A DNA stretch of 64,000 bases from Synechococcales cyanobacterium VAR_4_metabat_354. GTDB lineage: Bacteria > Cyanobacteriota > Cyanobacteriia > Cyanobacteriales > Chamaesiphonaceae. Made by a program: the position numbers and the translations under genes. The stretch spans positions 1 to 64,000 of the forward strand of contig JANOQI010000036.1 in assembly GCA_031414775.1 (NCBI GenBank), written 5' to 3'. Position 1 is the first letter of the stretch. The number at the start of each line of letters is the position of its first letter. Positions 9,500 through 20,055 of this stretch are shown one piece after another. The notes beneath the pieces were generated by a model. That model was given only the letters and a program-made list of their open reading frames with translations, did not search any database and had not been told where the DNA came from.

Positions 9500-9640
9500 A
9501 AATTTCCTTGAGCGAGCTATTTAGCTGATAAATTTACATCAATTTGATCAACATTGACTATAGCTTTTTTCGCCAGTCTAGTTTGTTTGAAGTGGATTGC
9601 CGCTACGCTCCAGTCAATTGAGGCTAGCTTCAGTATCTTC

Positions 9641-10246
9641 TCACTCCTTCCAGCGCTTCAGTGCCACGCAGTCAATTCCTACCTGATCCAAGACGCGAGC
9701 AATCACAAAATCTACCAAATCCTCGATCGATCGGGGCTGATGATACCAAGCTGGGATCGCGGGCACAATCCGGGCACCAGCTTCCGCTAGGCTGGTCAGA
9801 TTGCGTAAATGAATCAAACTAAAGGGCGTTTCTCGTGGCACCACTACTAGTTTGCGGCCTTCCTTGAGTTGCACATCAGCAGCCCGTTCCAATAGTCCGC
9901 CACTCAACCCGGTGGCAATTTTGGCTACCGTGCTCATACTGCATGGAATAACCACCATTCCCGCTGTCCGAAAAGAGCCACTGGCAATATTGGCACCCAC
10001 GTCACTCCAGCGGTGACAGCGCAGTTTACCAGAGGTAGGCACGTCAGCTTGTTCTCGCCAAAAAATGGTTTGCAGATCTGGTTCGATCGGCATCTTTACC
10101 TGAAATTCTTCTTGCCACACCATATAGGTAGATTTAGAAGCCACCAGTTCGATGTGGTAATCGGCGGTGAGGAGGTGCTTGATTGATCGAACTGCATAGA
10201 TCAGGCCAGAAGCACCAGTCACACCGAGAATCAGAGGTAAAGTCAT
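9641..10246 (-). CDS. ubiX: Flavin prenyltransferase UbiX
   Basis: GVTGASG, IASGS, PCSMST, VPRETP; probable start ATG 10246. Confidence 0.92.
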   Translation of the reverse strand: MTLPLILGVTGASGLIYAVRSIKHLLTADYHIELVASKSTYMVWQEEFQVKMPIEPDLQTIFWREQADVPTSGKLRCHRWSDVGANIASGSFRTAGMVVIPCSMSTVAKIATGLSGGLLERAADVQLKEGRKLVVVPRETPFSLIHLRNLTSLAEAGARIVPAIPAWYHQPRSIEDLVDFVIARVLDQVGIDCVALKRWKE

Positions 10247-10338
10247 GGAATTAAAAAAGGTATCCTCTACACCATAACGCTTGAGAGATCCCCGGTGGAG
10301 TAAAATAACAGACTGCACTTCCTCTTCATAATTTGCTC

Positions 10339-11685
10339 ATGGCCACCGCCCCAGTTTTGAGCCTGCACGCCCAAGGCACCAATCAAACATTACAGGTTAA
10401 TCCACCCGCCGAACTATGTCTGCGCGGTAGCCTCTCGGTACCGGGGGATAAGTCAATTTCCCACCGGGCGTTGATGTTGGGAGCGATGGCCACAGGCGAA
10501 ACTACCATTCAAGGATTGCTACTGGGCGAAGATCCGCGCCGCACAGCGGCTTGCTTCACGGCGATGGGAGCTACGATCAATGAATTGAATACCGAGCTGG
10601 TCACGGTGCAAGGTGTTGGTTTAGGAAATTTGCAGGAACCCGCCGATATTTTAGATGCTGGTAACTCTGGCACCACGATTAGATTAATGATGGGGCTGTT
10701 AGCTGGTCATACGGGGAAGTTTTTTGCGGTTACGGGCGATGATTCCTTGCGATCGCGTCCGATGTCGCGGGTGATTAAACCCCTGAGCCTGATGGGGGCA
10801 AAAATTTGGGGCAAGCAAGATAACTCCCGTGCGCCGCTAGCTATTCAAGGACAACAGCTTCAACCGATTCATTACCACTCTCCGATCGCCTCGGCCCAGG
10901 TTAAATCTGCCGTGTTACTGGCTGGACTGTTGGCCGATGGTCAAACCACTGTCACCGAACCAGCCTTATCCAGAGATCACAGTGAACGGATGTTGCGGGC
11001 TTTTGGCGCCGAAGTAGTGGTCGATGCGACCACCCATAGTGCCACTGTCACAGGCTGGCCAAAACTGCATGGCCAAAAAGTTATCGTTCCCGGTGATATT
11101 AGTTCGGCAGCTTTTTGGCTGGTGGCTGCCGCCATTATTCCCAATTCAGAATTGCTGCTGACCAATGTGGGCGTAAATCCCACTCGTACCGGTATTTTAG
11201 AAGCTCTGAACTTGATGCAGGCGGATGTGGAGTTGTTAAATCAGCGCGAGGTAGCTGGCGAACCAGTGACCGATATTCGAGTTCGATCGAGTCAACTCCA
11301 AGCCTGTGAAATCGGTGGTGATTTAATTCCGCGCCTGGTGGACGAAATCCCAATTTTAGCCGTAGCAGCGTTGTTTGCCGAAGGCACCACCATTATTAAA
11401 GATGCTGCCGAACTACGGGTCAAAGAAAGCGATCGGTTAGCTGTCATGGCCACCCAGCTCGGCAAAATGGGTGCGATCATCACCGAATTGCCCGATGGCT
11501 TAGAAATTAATGGTGGTCAACATTTGACCGGAGCGGAACTTGATAGCTTTACCGACCATCGAATTGCTATGAGTCTAGCGATCGCGGCCCTCACCGCCAC
11601 CGGCTCCAGTCACATTCAGCGGGCTGATGCCGCTGCCGTCTCCTATCCCAGCTTTTTTGACTCGCTCACCGCTGTGATCAACTAA
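10339..11685 (+). CDS. aroA: EPSP synthase
   Basis: [34 protein letters not shown]. Confidence 0.96.
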   Translation: MATAPVLSLHAQGTNQTLQVNPPAELCLRGSLSVPGDKSISHRALMLGAMATGETTIQGLLLGEDPRRTAACFTAMGATINELNTELVTVQGVGLGNLQEPADILDAGNSGTTIRLMMGLLAGHTGKFFAVTGDDSLRSRPMSRVIKPLSLMGAKIWGKQDNSRAPLAIQGQQLQPIHYHSPIASAQVKSAVLLAGLLADGQTTVTEPALSRDHSERMLRAFGAEVVVDATTHSATVTGWPKLHGQKVIVPGDISSAAFWLVAAAIIPNSELLLTNVGVNPTRTGILEALNLMQADVELLNQREVAGEPVTDIRVRSSQLQACEIGGDLIPRLVDEIPILAVAALFAEGTTIIKDAAELRVKESDRLAVMATQLGKMGAIITELPDGLEINGGQHLTGAELDSFTDHRIAMSLAIAALTATGSSHIQRADAAAVSYPSFFDSLTAVIN

Positions 11686-11705
11686 CCCCCAGATCCTAGA
11701 GTTCC

Positions 11706-12506
11706 ATGAAAATTCATCCTTCGGCAGTTATTGAACCCGGTGCCCAGATTGGCACTGATGTAGAAATCGGACCATTTTGCTATGTTTGCAATGATGTGGA
11801 AATTGGCGATGGCTGTAAATTATCAGCCCACGTCACCATTTTGCCCCACACCAAAGTTGGGAATAACTGCAATATCCACAGCAATGCGGTCTTAGGAGAT
11901 TTGCCTCAGGACATGGCTTTCCAGGATGGCATTAGCTATGTGATCATCGGCAATAACTGCCAAATCCGAGAAGGTGTCACCATCCATCGCGGCACCAAAG
12001 CAGGGACAGTCACCAAAGTTGGTGACAATTGCATGTTAATGGCTAATAGCCATTTAGCTCATAATGTTCAGCTCGGCAACCAAGTCATTGTGGCCAATGG
12101 AGCCTTGTTAGCGGGCTATGTACAAGTAGGCGATCGAGCTTTTATCAGTGGCAACTGCTTGGTGCACCAATTTGCCCGAGTCGGCAAACTAGTAATGATG
12201 TCCGGTGGATCGGCCACTCAGCGCGACATTCCACCTTTTTGTATGACTCGTAATCAGTCGGCAGATAGTGTGATGGGGTTGAATTCGATCGGGATGCGAC
12301 GAGCTGGTATTAGCAGCGCAGACCGGTTGGAATTGAAACGCGCTTTTAAGGTTTTATATAAATCCGGTTTATTGATTCCCGAAGCAATAGTCAGACTAAA
12401 AAGTGAATTTGATAATGCTTTAGTGAAAGAAATGTATGAATTTATACAAGAGTCACAGCGCGGGATTTGTCGGCACATTCGGGCTAGCCTAGAAGATAGT
12501 GAGTGA
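11706..12506 (+). CDS. lpxA: UDP-N-acetylglucosamine O-acyltransferase
   Basis: Hexapeptide repeats, IREGVTIHRGT, HLAHN, VHQF. Confidence 0.9.
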   Translation: MKIHPSAVIEPGAQIGTDVEIGPFCYVCNDVEIGDGCKLSAHVTILPHTKVGNNCNIHSNAVLGDLPQDMAFQDGISYVIIGNNCQIREGVTIHRGTKAGTVTKVGDNCMLMANSHLAHNVQLGNQVIVANGALLAGYVQVGDRAFISGNCLVHQFARVGKLVMMSGGSATQRDIPPFCMTRNQSADSVMGLNSIGMRRAGISSADRLELKRAFKVLYKSGLLIPEAIVRLKSEFDNALVKEMYEFIQESQRGICRHIRASLEDSE

Positions 12507-12837
12507 TAATATTTCCTCTTAAGGTAATAGAATAAAATGAGTTTAAATCATCTCCATGAAGTAAATTATTTTTAATATCTTACAACTACTAATTTTTAGT
12601 AGAAAAAGCCTAGAACCCTTGCTATCAAGTAAGCTTAGAGCCGATGCTAATTGCCATTATATCAAGCTTATCGGATAATTCTTGACTAGATGATAAGGCT
12701 AATTAGCTTCGATTACATCACCTAATTTTCCTCTTAAAAGATAAAGAAAATACAAAACGACTACTAATTTAGACAATCAAAACTTTAAAAATTCAGAGAT
12801 TTCGACTATCATGCTCTCAAGGTAATATGTTTAAATT

Positions 12838-13047
12838 ATGCACACCAATTTAATAAGAAGCCGCACAGGCGTTGGTAAAAGAAAAATAACCCGCCAACAA
12901 CAATGCCCTTATTGTCGTGGCCAGGCATACGAAAGAACTCATCGGCGAGATTGGCTAGAGAAGCTACTGTACTGGTTCGATTTCCATCCGTTTTATTGTC
13001 GTAATTTTGAATGTGGTGCTCGCTTTCTGAAGAAAGGACGCAGGTAA
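12838..13047 (+). CDS. Small zinc-ribbon-like hypothetical protein
   Basis: CPYC...R.RR.WLE...PFYCRNFEC..RF; ATG after an AT-rich intergenic region. Confidence 0.55.
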   Translation: MHTNLIRSRTGVGKRKITRQQQCPYCRGQAYERTHRRDWLEKLLYWFDFHPFYCRNFECGARFLKKGRR

Positions 13048-13928
13048 GCTAGTTCGGCTAATGTCGAGCCATCAATATTCTCAGTATCAAACCAAGTAAT
13101 ATCTGGAATGTTGCGGAACCAAGTACGCTGGCGTTTAGCTAGCTGGCGAGTGTGCAAAATCGTTAGATCGATCGCCTCTGCCCGGCTAATTTCCCCTTTT
13201 AGATATTGGCGCATCTCGGCATAGCCCAAAGTATCCAAACTGGGAAGATCCCAGCCATATTTATCAATTAATCCTCGGACTTCTGCTTCCCAGCCCAGCT
13301 CTAGCATTTGCTCGGTGCGCTGACTAATTCTGGCTGCTAAATTTTCGCAATCGAGACCAATCTGCCAGATGGGATAGGCCGGAGGATTTTCGCCCTGCTG
13401 ACTGGAAATAGAATGACCAGTCACATAAAAAACTTCTAAGGCTCGCATGGTGCGTGACCTGTCATGAGCGTGAATCTTCGTAGTAGGGTCAACCTGGCAC
13501 AATATTTGATGGAGGATCGTCTGATCGTAAGTAGCCAACTGTGATCGCAACTCCGGCTGCGGTGCCACTCGCGGCATCTTCATGCCCCGCACGATCGACT
13601 TAATATACAGTCCAGTGCCTCCCACCAAGATCGGGATAATGCGCTGCTCATGCAGCTGGGCAACTAATTCCTGCACTTGCTGCTGATATTCTGCTACAGT
13701 GAGAGAGTAAGTTGGTTCATGAGTACTAATTAAATAATGTTTGACTAATGCTTGCTCGACAGCGGTGGGCTTGGCTGTCGCGATGTCCATCTCCCGATAA
13801 ACTTGGCGAGAATCAGCACTAATGATCACCCCGCCAATGCATTGAGCAAGATCGATCGCTAGTCGGGTCTTCCCAGTCGCTGTCGCCCCACAGATCACGA
13901 TCAACCCCGGTGAAAATGATTCAGACAT
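12993..13928 (-). CDS. miaA: tRNA dimethylallyltransferase
   Basis: GATATGKT, SADSRQVY, VGGTGLY, AKRQRTWF. Confidence 0.95.
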   Translation of the reverse strand: MSESFSPGLIVICGATATGKTRLAIDLAQCIGGVIISADSRQVYREMDIATAKPTAVEQALVKHYLISTHEPTYSLTVAEYQQQVQELVAQLHEQRIIPILVGGTGLYIKSIVRGMKMPRVAPQPELRSQLATYDQTILHQILCQVDPTTKIHAHDRSRTMRALEVFYVTGHSISSQQGENPPAYPIWQIGLDCENLAARISQRTEQMLELGWEAEVRGLIDKYGWDLPSLDTLGYAEMRQYLKGEISRAEAIDLTILHTRQLAKRQRTWFRNIPDITWFDTENIDGSTLAELAYLRPFFRKRAPHSKLRQ

Positions 13929-14081
13929 TACTACTTTTAAAGTTACATTGCTATAGCTAGTTGAAAATATTCCCTAAGCCTTCTAGATGCGCCCATGACC
14001 CATTCATGGTAAGATGTTATCCGGATTTGATGTTTTACACATTTAAAATAGCTAGAATTTCCTTATTGGAGCGTCTGTCTC

Positions 14082-17000
14082 ATGACCGAAGATTACGGTG
14101 TAGATCAAATTAGAGTCTTAGAAGGACTAGAAGCTGTGCGCGTCCGCCCGGGGATGTACATTGGCTCGACTGGTCCCAAGGGTCTGCATCACTTAGTATA
14201 CGAGGTTGTAGACAACTCCATCGATGAAGCCCTCGCCGGTCATTGTAAAAACATTGATGCCTCGATCAATGCTGATGGTTCGATCACGGTAGTAGATGAT
14301 GGCCGAGGCATTCCCACCGACCCTCACCCGCAAACTGGTAAATCGACCCTGGAGACAGTTCTAACTGTATTACACGCAGGCGGCAAGTTTGGCGATGGCG
14401 GCTACTCGGTATCAGGTGGTCTGCACGGGGTCGGGGTTTCGGTAGTAAATGCCCTCTCTTCTAAAGTAGAAGTGCAAGTTTGGCGGAAGCAACAGCGTCA
14501 TACCCAAAGATTTGAGCGCGGTGCGGCGGTTGGCGGCTTAGAGACAGTGGCTAGTGAAGAGATCGATCGCACGGGCACCGCAGTCACCTTCATGCCAGAC
14601 ACCGAGATCTTTTTGAATGGCATTGAGTTTGACTATGCCACAATCGCTGGTCGGCTGCGAGAGTTGGCTTATTTAAATGCCGGAATTAAAATCTCTTTTG
14701 CCGATCGCCGACCAGCAGCACCCCGCGAGGAAGTGTACCTCTACGAAGGCGGCATTAAAGAATACGTCAGCTATATCAATGCTGATAAGCAGCCTTTGCA
14801 CGAAGAAATCATTTATGTCCAAGGCGAGAAAAACCGAGTCCAGGTGGAAGTAGCCTTGCAGTGGTGCGTGGATGCCTATAGCGATAACGTACTGGGATTT
14901 GCCAATAATATTCGGACGATCGATGGTGGTACCCACTTAGAAGGTTTGAAAGCAGTCCTGACGCGGACGATGAACAGTATTGCTCGCAAACGCAACAAGC
15001 TCAAAGAAGGCGATTCTAACCTGGGCGGCGAAAATATTCGGGAAGGATTGACGGCGATCGTTTCAGTAAAAGTCCCTAATCCAGAGTTTGAAGGCCAGAC
15101 CAAAACTAAACTGGGCAACACCGAAGTACGCGGCATCGTCGAAACCGTAGTTGGTGAGACACTCATTGAGTTTTTGGAGTTTCGCCCCCAGATTGCTGAT
15201 GCAATTTTAGAAAAAGCGATTCAGGCATTTAACGCCGCCGAAGCTGCCCGCCGAGCACGGGAATTGGTACGCCGCAAGTCGGTGTTGGAGTCTTCGCCAC
15301 TGCCCGGGAAGCTAGCAGACTGTAGCTCAAAAGATCCCTCCGAATCAGAAATCTTCATCGTGGAAGGGGATTCGGCAGGGGGCTGTTTTCATGGTGACAC
15401 TCTAGTAGCTTTAGCCGATGGACGCAATCTTAGCTTCAAGGAAATCGTCCAAGAACAGAAAAATGGACAAGAACATTTCTGCTATACCATTCGCTATGAT
15501 GGCACCGTTGGCATCGAACAGATCTTGCATCCTCGGATTACCAAACATCAGGCTCAAGTAATCAAAGTTACTCTAGACAACGGAGAGCAAATAACTTGCA
15601 CACCTGATCATCGGTTCATGTTACGTGACGGTAGCTATAAGCCTGCGGCACAACTAACCCCAGCAGATTCTCTGATGCCTTTGTATCGGAAACTTTCTAA
15701 CAAGCAAGAATCGAACATCACTATTGATGGCTACGAAATGGTCTGGAATCCTAAATCAGACTCTTGGCTATTCACTCACATGTTGTCTGATTGGCATAAC
15801 CGCTGGCAAGGAGCTTACCAAAAGACTGATGGCGCTCACTGTCATCATGTTGACTTCAATAAGTTAAACAATAATCCCAGCAACCTGCAACGGATGAGTG
15901 CAGCAGACCACCTAAGTCTTCACCGAAAACACGTCTCTAAGACATTGCATCGCCCTGAAGTGATCGAAAAATGTCGTCAAATTCGTCGTAGCCAAAAATT
16001 CCGCAAAGCGATGAGTGAGCGGATGACTCAACCAGATACTCGTCAAACTCTTTCAGAGCAGGCTGTCGCTCAATGGCAAAACCCTGAGTATAAAGCTTAC
16101 ATGCTTGCTCAGTGGCAAAAATTCTACGCTCTCAATCATCAGTATCGAGAAGAAAATGCTACTCGCCTAAATCTTGCTCAACAAAAACACTGGCAGGATG
16201 AATCAAATAGACAAAAACAATCTGAGCGTACCAGCACTTACTTTATTCAGCACCCTGAAGCTCGCTTAGAGAAGTCTATACAAGCCCAGCAGCAATGGAA
16301 CGATCCTGTTCTAAAAGAATGGAGAAAGCAGAAGACTAAAGAGCAATGGACACCAGAGTTTCGTGTAAAGAGGAAGGCAGCTTTACATCAAACCTATTAC
16401 CAAAAAACGATTAAAGCACTTAAAGATATTGAACAAACCAATGGTTCGATCGATTTATCTGCTTACTATCAACATCGTTTACATACTCGTGATAAATCGC
16501 TACTGAAGTTTGAAACTTTCTGTGCTCGGTATTTTGATGGTTCATCTGAGCAAGCTCTAGAAGCTGTGGCTCAATACAATCATCGTATCGTTGCAGTAGA
16601 GCCTATAGAAGAATGCTTCGATGTTTATGACATTGAAGTACCCCACACCCATAACTTTGCGTTAGCTAGTGGGGTGTTCGTCCATAACAGCGCCAAACAA
16701 GGCCGTGATCGCAGATTTCAGGCAATTTTGCCTTTGCGCGGCAAAATTTTGAACATCGAAAAAACCGATGACTCCAAAATTTACAAAAACAATGAAGTGC
16801 AATCCTTGATTGCTGCTTTAGGTTTAGGCGTAAAGGGTGAAGAGTTTAATGTCAGCAACCTGCGCTACCACCGCATTTGCTTAATGACCGATGCCGATGT
16901 CGATGGAGCGCATATCCGTACTCTATTGCTGACCTTCTTCTACCGCTATCAACGGGATTTAATCGATCAGGGTTATGTATATGTGGCTTGTCCACCCCTT

Positions 17001-17312
17001 TATAAGTTAGAACGGGGTAAAAACCATTTCTATTGCTATAGCGATCGAGAGTTGCAAGGGAAAATAGCCGAGTTCCCAGCCAACGCCAATTACACCATTC
17101 AGCGTTTTAAAGGTTTAGGCGAAATGATGCCCAAACAACTTTGGGAGACTACGATGGACCCAACCACTCGCACCCTCAAGCGTATCGAAATTCAAGATGC
17201 CGCTGAAGCCGATCGGATCTTTACAATCTTAATGGGCGATCGAGTAGCACCACGCCGCGAGTTTATTGAAACCTATGGTTCTAAGTTAAATATGGCTGAT
17301 TTAGACATCTAG
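14082..17312 (+). CDS. gyrB: DNA gyrase subunit B with intein
   Basis: GLEAVRVRPGMYIG, EGDSAGG, PLRGKILN, TDADVDG, RFKGLGEM. Confidence 0.97.
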   Translation: MTEDYGVDQIRVLEGLEAVRVRPGMYIGSTGPKGLHHLVYEVVDNSIDEALAGHCKNIDASINADGSITVVDDGRGIPTDPHPQTGKSTLETVLTVLHAGGKFGDGGYSVSGGLHGVGVSVVNALSSKVEVQVWRKQQRHTQRFERGAAVGGLETVASEEIDRTGTAVTFMPDTEIFLNGIEFDYATIAGRLRELAYLNAGIKISFADRRPAAPREEVYLYEGGIKEYVSYINADKQPLHEEIIYVQGEKNRVQVEVALQWCVDAYSDNVLGFANNIRTIDGGTHLEGLKAVLTRTMNSIARKRNKLKEGDSNLGGENIREGLTAIVSVKVPNPEFEGQTKTKLGNTEVRGIVETVVGETLIEFLEFRPQIADAILEKAIQAFNAAEAARRARELVRRKSVLESSPLPGKLADCSSKDPSESEIFIVEGDSAGGCFHGDTLVALADGRNLSFKEIVQEQKNGQEHFCYTIRYDGTVGIEQILHPRITKHQAQVIKVTLDNGEQITCTPDHRFMLRDGSYKPAAQLTPADSLMPLYRKLSNKQESNITIDGYEMVWNPKSDSWLFTHMLSDWHNRWQGAYQKTDGAHCHHVDFNKLNNNPSNLQRMSAADHLSLHRKHVSKTLHRPEVIEKCRQIRRSQKFRKAMSERMTQPDTRQTLSEQAVAQWQNPEYKAYMLAQWQKFYALNHQYREENATRLNLAQQKHWQDESNRQKQSERTSTYFIQHPEARLEKSIQAQQQWNDPVLKEWRKQKTKEQWTPEFRVKRKAALHQTYYQKTIKALKDIEQTNGSIDLSAYYQHRLHTRDKSLLKFETFCARYFDGSSEQALEAVAQYNHRIVAVEPIEECFDVYDIEVPHTHNFALASGVFVHNSAKQGRDRRFQAILPLRGKILNIEKTDDSKIYKNNEVQSLIAALGLGVKGEEFNVSNLRYHRICLMTDADVDGAHIRTLLLTFFYRYQRDLIDQGYVYVACPPLYKLERGKNHFYCYSDRELQGKIAEFPANANYTIQRFKGLGEMMPKQLWETTMDPTTRTLKRIEIQDAAEADRIFTILMGDRVAPRREFIETYGSKLNMADLDI
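15384..16688 (+). mobile_element. 435-aa intein with HNH homing endonuclease
   Basis: Starts CFHGDT after EGDSAGG; block B TPDHRF; HHVDFNKLNN..NL; ends HNFALASGVFVHN/S. Confidence 0.93.
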
Positions 17313-17328
17313 CACATACATTTAATTC

Positions 17329-17375
17329 AAAACAGAAAAGGTCTGAAGTTAATAGCTTCAGACCTTTTCTGTTTT
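17329..17375. terminator. Bidirectional intrinsic terminator
   Basis: 20-bp perfect inverted repeat AAAACAGAAAAGGTCTGAAG / CTTCAGACCTTTTCTGTTTT between convergent genes. Confidence 0.88.
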
Positions 17376-17417
17376 CTAAGTATCACTCCGCCGTGAGTAC
17401 ACGCATTAGAACATACT

Positions 17418-18389
17418 TTATTTAGATGGTTTTTCAGCCTCTGGCTGACCCTTCAATTCCTGAATCCGGCGCATGGACTCTTGATATTTAGGCTGTTGGC
17501 CTTTCTCCTGATAGAACTTGGCCGCCTTTTCATAATCCTCGATCGCACCGCCTTTATCACCTAATGCTAACTTCACGGCACCACGCTCCGAGTAAGCACT
17601 CACAGCCTTAGGATTAATGGTAATTGCCTGGTTGTAATCTGCAATAGCACCGTCTTTGTCTCCTGACAATGATTTGGCAACACCACGATTATAGAAAGCA
17701 TTGGCATTCTGGGGACTCACAGTAATTGATTGGCTGTAATCCTCGATCGATCCTTTGTAATCTTTTAGTGCCAATTTGGCATTACCCCGATTGTAGAAAG
17801 CATTGGCATTGCGAGGGTTAAGAGTAATTGATTGAGTGTAATCCTCCGTAGCTCCTTGATGGTCTCCTAAAGCTGATTTGGCATGGGCACGATTATAGTA
17901 AGCACCAGAATTCTGAGGACTGAGATCGATCGCTTTACTATAATCCTCGATCGCACCAGTCTTATCACCTAAATCATAGCTAACGTTAGCGCGGTTGTTG
18001 TGAGTGACAGCATTACTGGGGTCAATGGCAATAGCTTTACTGTAATCTTCCAATGCGCCACTTTTATCGCCTAACGATAACTTAGCATTAGCTCGGTTGT
18101 TATAAGCATTGGCATGTTTGGGATTAGTCGCAATAGCTTGGTTGTATTGTTCGATCGCCGCCTTCTTGTCACCAGCTTCGTAGGCTGTATTGCCCCGATT
18201 GTAGAGATCTTCAGCCGCACTAGAATTAGACGCCGTAATAAGAGGTTCCGGCTCATCCAAAGATTCCACAGAATTGAGACCATCAGCTTCTTGGGCGGCT
18301 GTGGCAGGCTGAGGATGAAGCAGTAATAATACAGTACCGGCAAATACTACAGAAGCTTTAATTGCTTTAATCATGATATTAAACCTCAA
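17418..18389 (-). CDS. Exported TPR-repeat protein
   Basis: Signal-peptide-like N-terminus; about 7 34-aa AY.NRG...AIEDY repeats; alternative start 18374. Confidence 0.88.
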   Translation of the reverse strand: MRFNIMIKAIKASVVFAGTVLLLLHPQPATAAQEADGLNSVESLDEPEPLITASNSSAAEDLYNRGNTAYEAGDKKAAIEQYNQAIATNPKHANAYNNRANAKLSLGDKSGALEDYSKAIAIDPSNAVTHNNRANVSYDLGDKTGAIEDYSKAIDLSPQNSGAYYNRAHAKSALGDHQGATEDYTQSITLNPRNANAFYNRGNAKLALKDYKGSIEDYSQSITVSPQNANAFYNRGVAKSLSGDKDGAIADYNQAITINPKAVSAYSERGAVKLALGDKGGAIEDYEKAAKFYQEKGQQPKYQESMRRIQELKGQPEAEKPSK

Positions 18390-18544
18390 TTGTGGGAAAA
18401 TTTTTTATTCATCTCAGTTAGTAGACAAACCTATCCTGTTATTGTTTCTAAGCGTAGGTGATCGCCAAACTGTATTAATAAGCACAAGTTTTGGGTATTC
18501 CATGCTGTCATCGTACAATTTTACGGAGAAAATACCTATTCTGT

Positions 18545-19975
18545 CTAGCCTTCAGTAACAAACAGTAGAGATAGCAAAGATCCCAACCGGAGCAGACCAG
18601 AAAGCGTAAATAATCCCAGTAAACCACCATAACCAAAATGACTCCACAAACCGCCCACCGTCGCTCCCAGGGTACCGCTAATCCCAGCAAAAGCTGCCGC
18701 TACACCAAAGTAAGTAGATTGATTTTGATAGGGAGCAATTCTGAGTTGCAAGTTATTGGAACAAAGCTCGATCGCAGCCAATGCAGCACCTGAAATTACG
18801 TGTAGTAATGGTAACCACACCCAGATAGACAATAAATTGTTGCAGATTATTAGCCAAAACAGCGGCCAAACAGCAAATACGATCCCCACTCCCAGCAAAA
18901 TGGGACGGTTGCCAATCCGATCGGATAGTTTTCCCCAAAATATCAACATCAGTAGGTTAGCGCCAGCAGAGAAACTGTTATAAAAAGTGACATGGCCAAT
19001 ATCTAGCGCTAAGTCTTGCAACATATAGACAGTGAAAAATGGGGCACTAAGATTGACAGAGAAAGTCCACAGGCTAAAGTAAAGCAAGAATTTGAGAAAG
19101 TTAGAATCCTGCCATAAATTTGTCAGTGGTAAGAGCTGGGGCAGAGATTGGTCAGCTAATTTTATAGTATTTATATCTGCTGTAGTTACTGGAATGAATA
19201 ACTGTTGCTCTATTTGAGGGTTCACATCCACCATAAAATTTTGGAACCACAAGCTAATTAGTCCAAATGAAATACCGAGCAACAGTAGTAAACCATAGCC
19301 TTGCAAGGAACCGCCCCGCCACTTGGACACGGCTAGTCCCATCATCGGTACAGAGAGCAGATTGGTAAGATTAGCGGCACCATTACGAAAACCAAAGTAG
19401 CGCCCCCGCAAAGGACTAGGCACAATTACCGTCATCCAACTCAGCCAAGGGGCACTACCTAACGCCCCTAAACAGCCACTGACAAGAGCAGTTCCTAAGG
19501 TCACCGCAATTAAAATAGTAGGCGCAGCATGAATTCTACCTACCTCAAAAATAGCGATCGCGAGTCCCACCCACAGCGATCGAGAAATACTGTAAATCCA
19601 CAGGCAATAATAATGGCGGCTGGTTGTTTGCTCTGAGAAATAAGCACCGATCGGCTGTATTAAATTAGCCAGCATCGGAATCGCCGCCAAGATCCCGACT
19701 TCAGTCTGACTAGCACCCAGTTCTAACAAAAAACTGGTTAGCAACACTCCACTGGTCACATTCAAAAACAATGCCGCAAAAACCCCATCGATCGTCGAAG
19801 CCTCTAAGCTAGTGCGGATTTCATTCTTAGAAGCTTTGAGAGTTGTAACAAACGTCGATGATATCAACTTGCTCGGCTCGTTTGCGGGTGAGACCAATGG
19901 CAGTAACACCGGTATTAAAACGGGTTCAGCCGCAACTTTTGCGATCGTTGCATCAGTGGGCACCAAATCCATCAT
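18545..19975 (-). CDS. MFS transporter
   Basis: Many TM segments; WGKLSDRIGNR motif; start uncertain (up to 20020). Confidence 0.82.
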   Translation of the reverse strand: MMDLVPTDATIAKVAAEPVLIPVLLPLVSPANEPSKLISSTFVTTLKASKNEIRTSLEASTIDGVFAALFLNVTSGVLLTSFLLELGASQTEVGILAAIPMLANLIQPIGAYFSEQTTSRHYYCLWIYSISRSLWVGLAIAIFEVGRIHAAPTILIAVTLGTALVSGCLGALGSAPWLSWMTVIVPSPLRGRYFGFRNGAANLTNLLSVPMMGLAVSKWRGGSLQGYGLLLLLGISFGLISLWFQNFMVDVNPQIEQQLFIPVTTADINTIKLADQSLPQLLPLTNLWQDSNFLKFLLYFSLWTFSVNLSAPFFTVYMLQDLALDIGHVTFYNSFSAGANLLMLIFWGKLSDRIGNRPILLGVGIVFAVWPLFWLIICNNLLSIWVWLPLLHVISGAALAAIELCSNNLQLRIAPYQNQSTYFGVAAAFAGISGTLGATVGGLWSHFGYGGLLGLFTLSGLLRLGSLLSLLFVTEG

Positions 19976-20055
19976 AAACCTCACGATGATATGACTTCTA
20001 CCAATTAGGCAGATACCCATACCATAATAACGTTCCTATCAATGCAGAATCGTGA

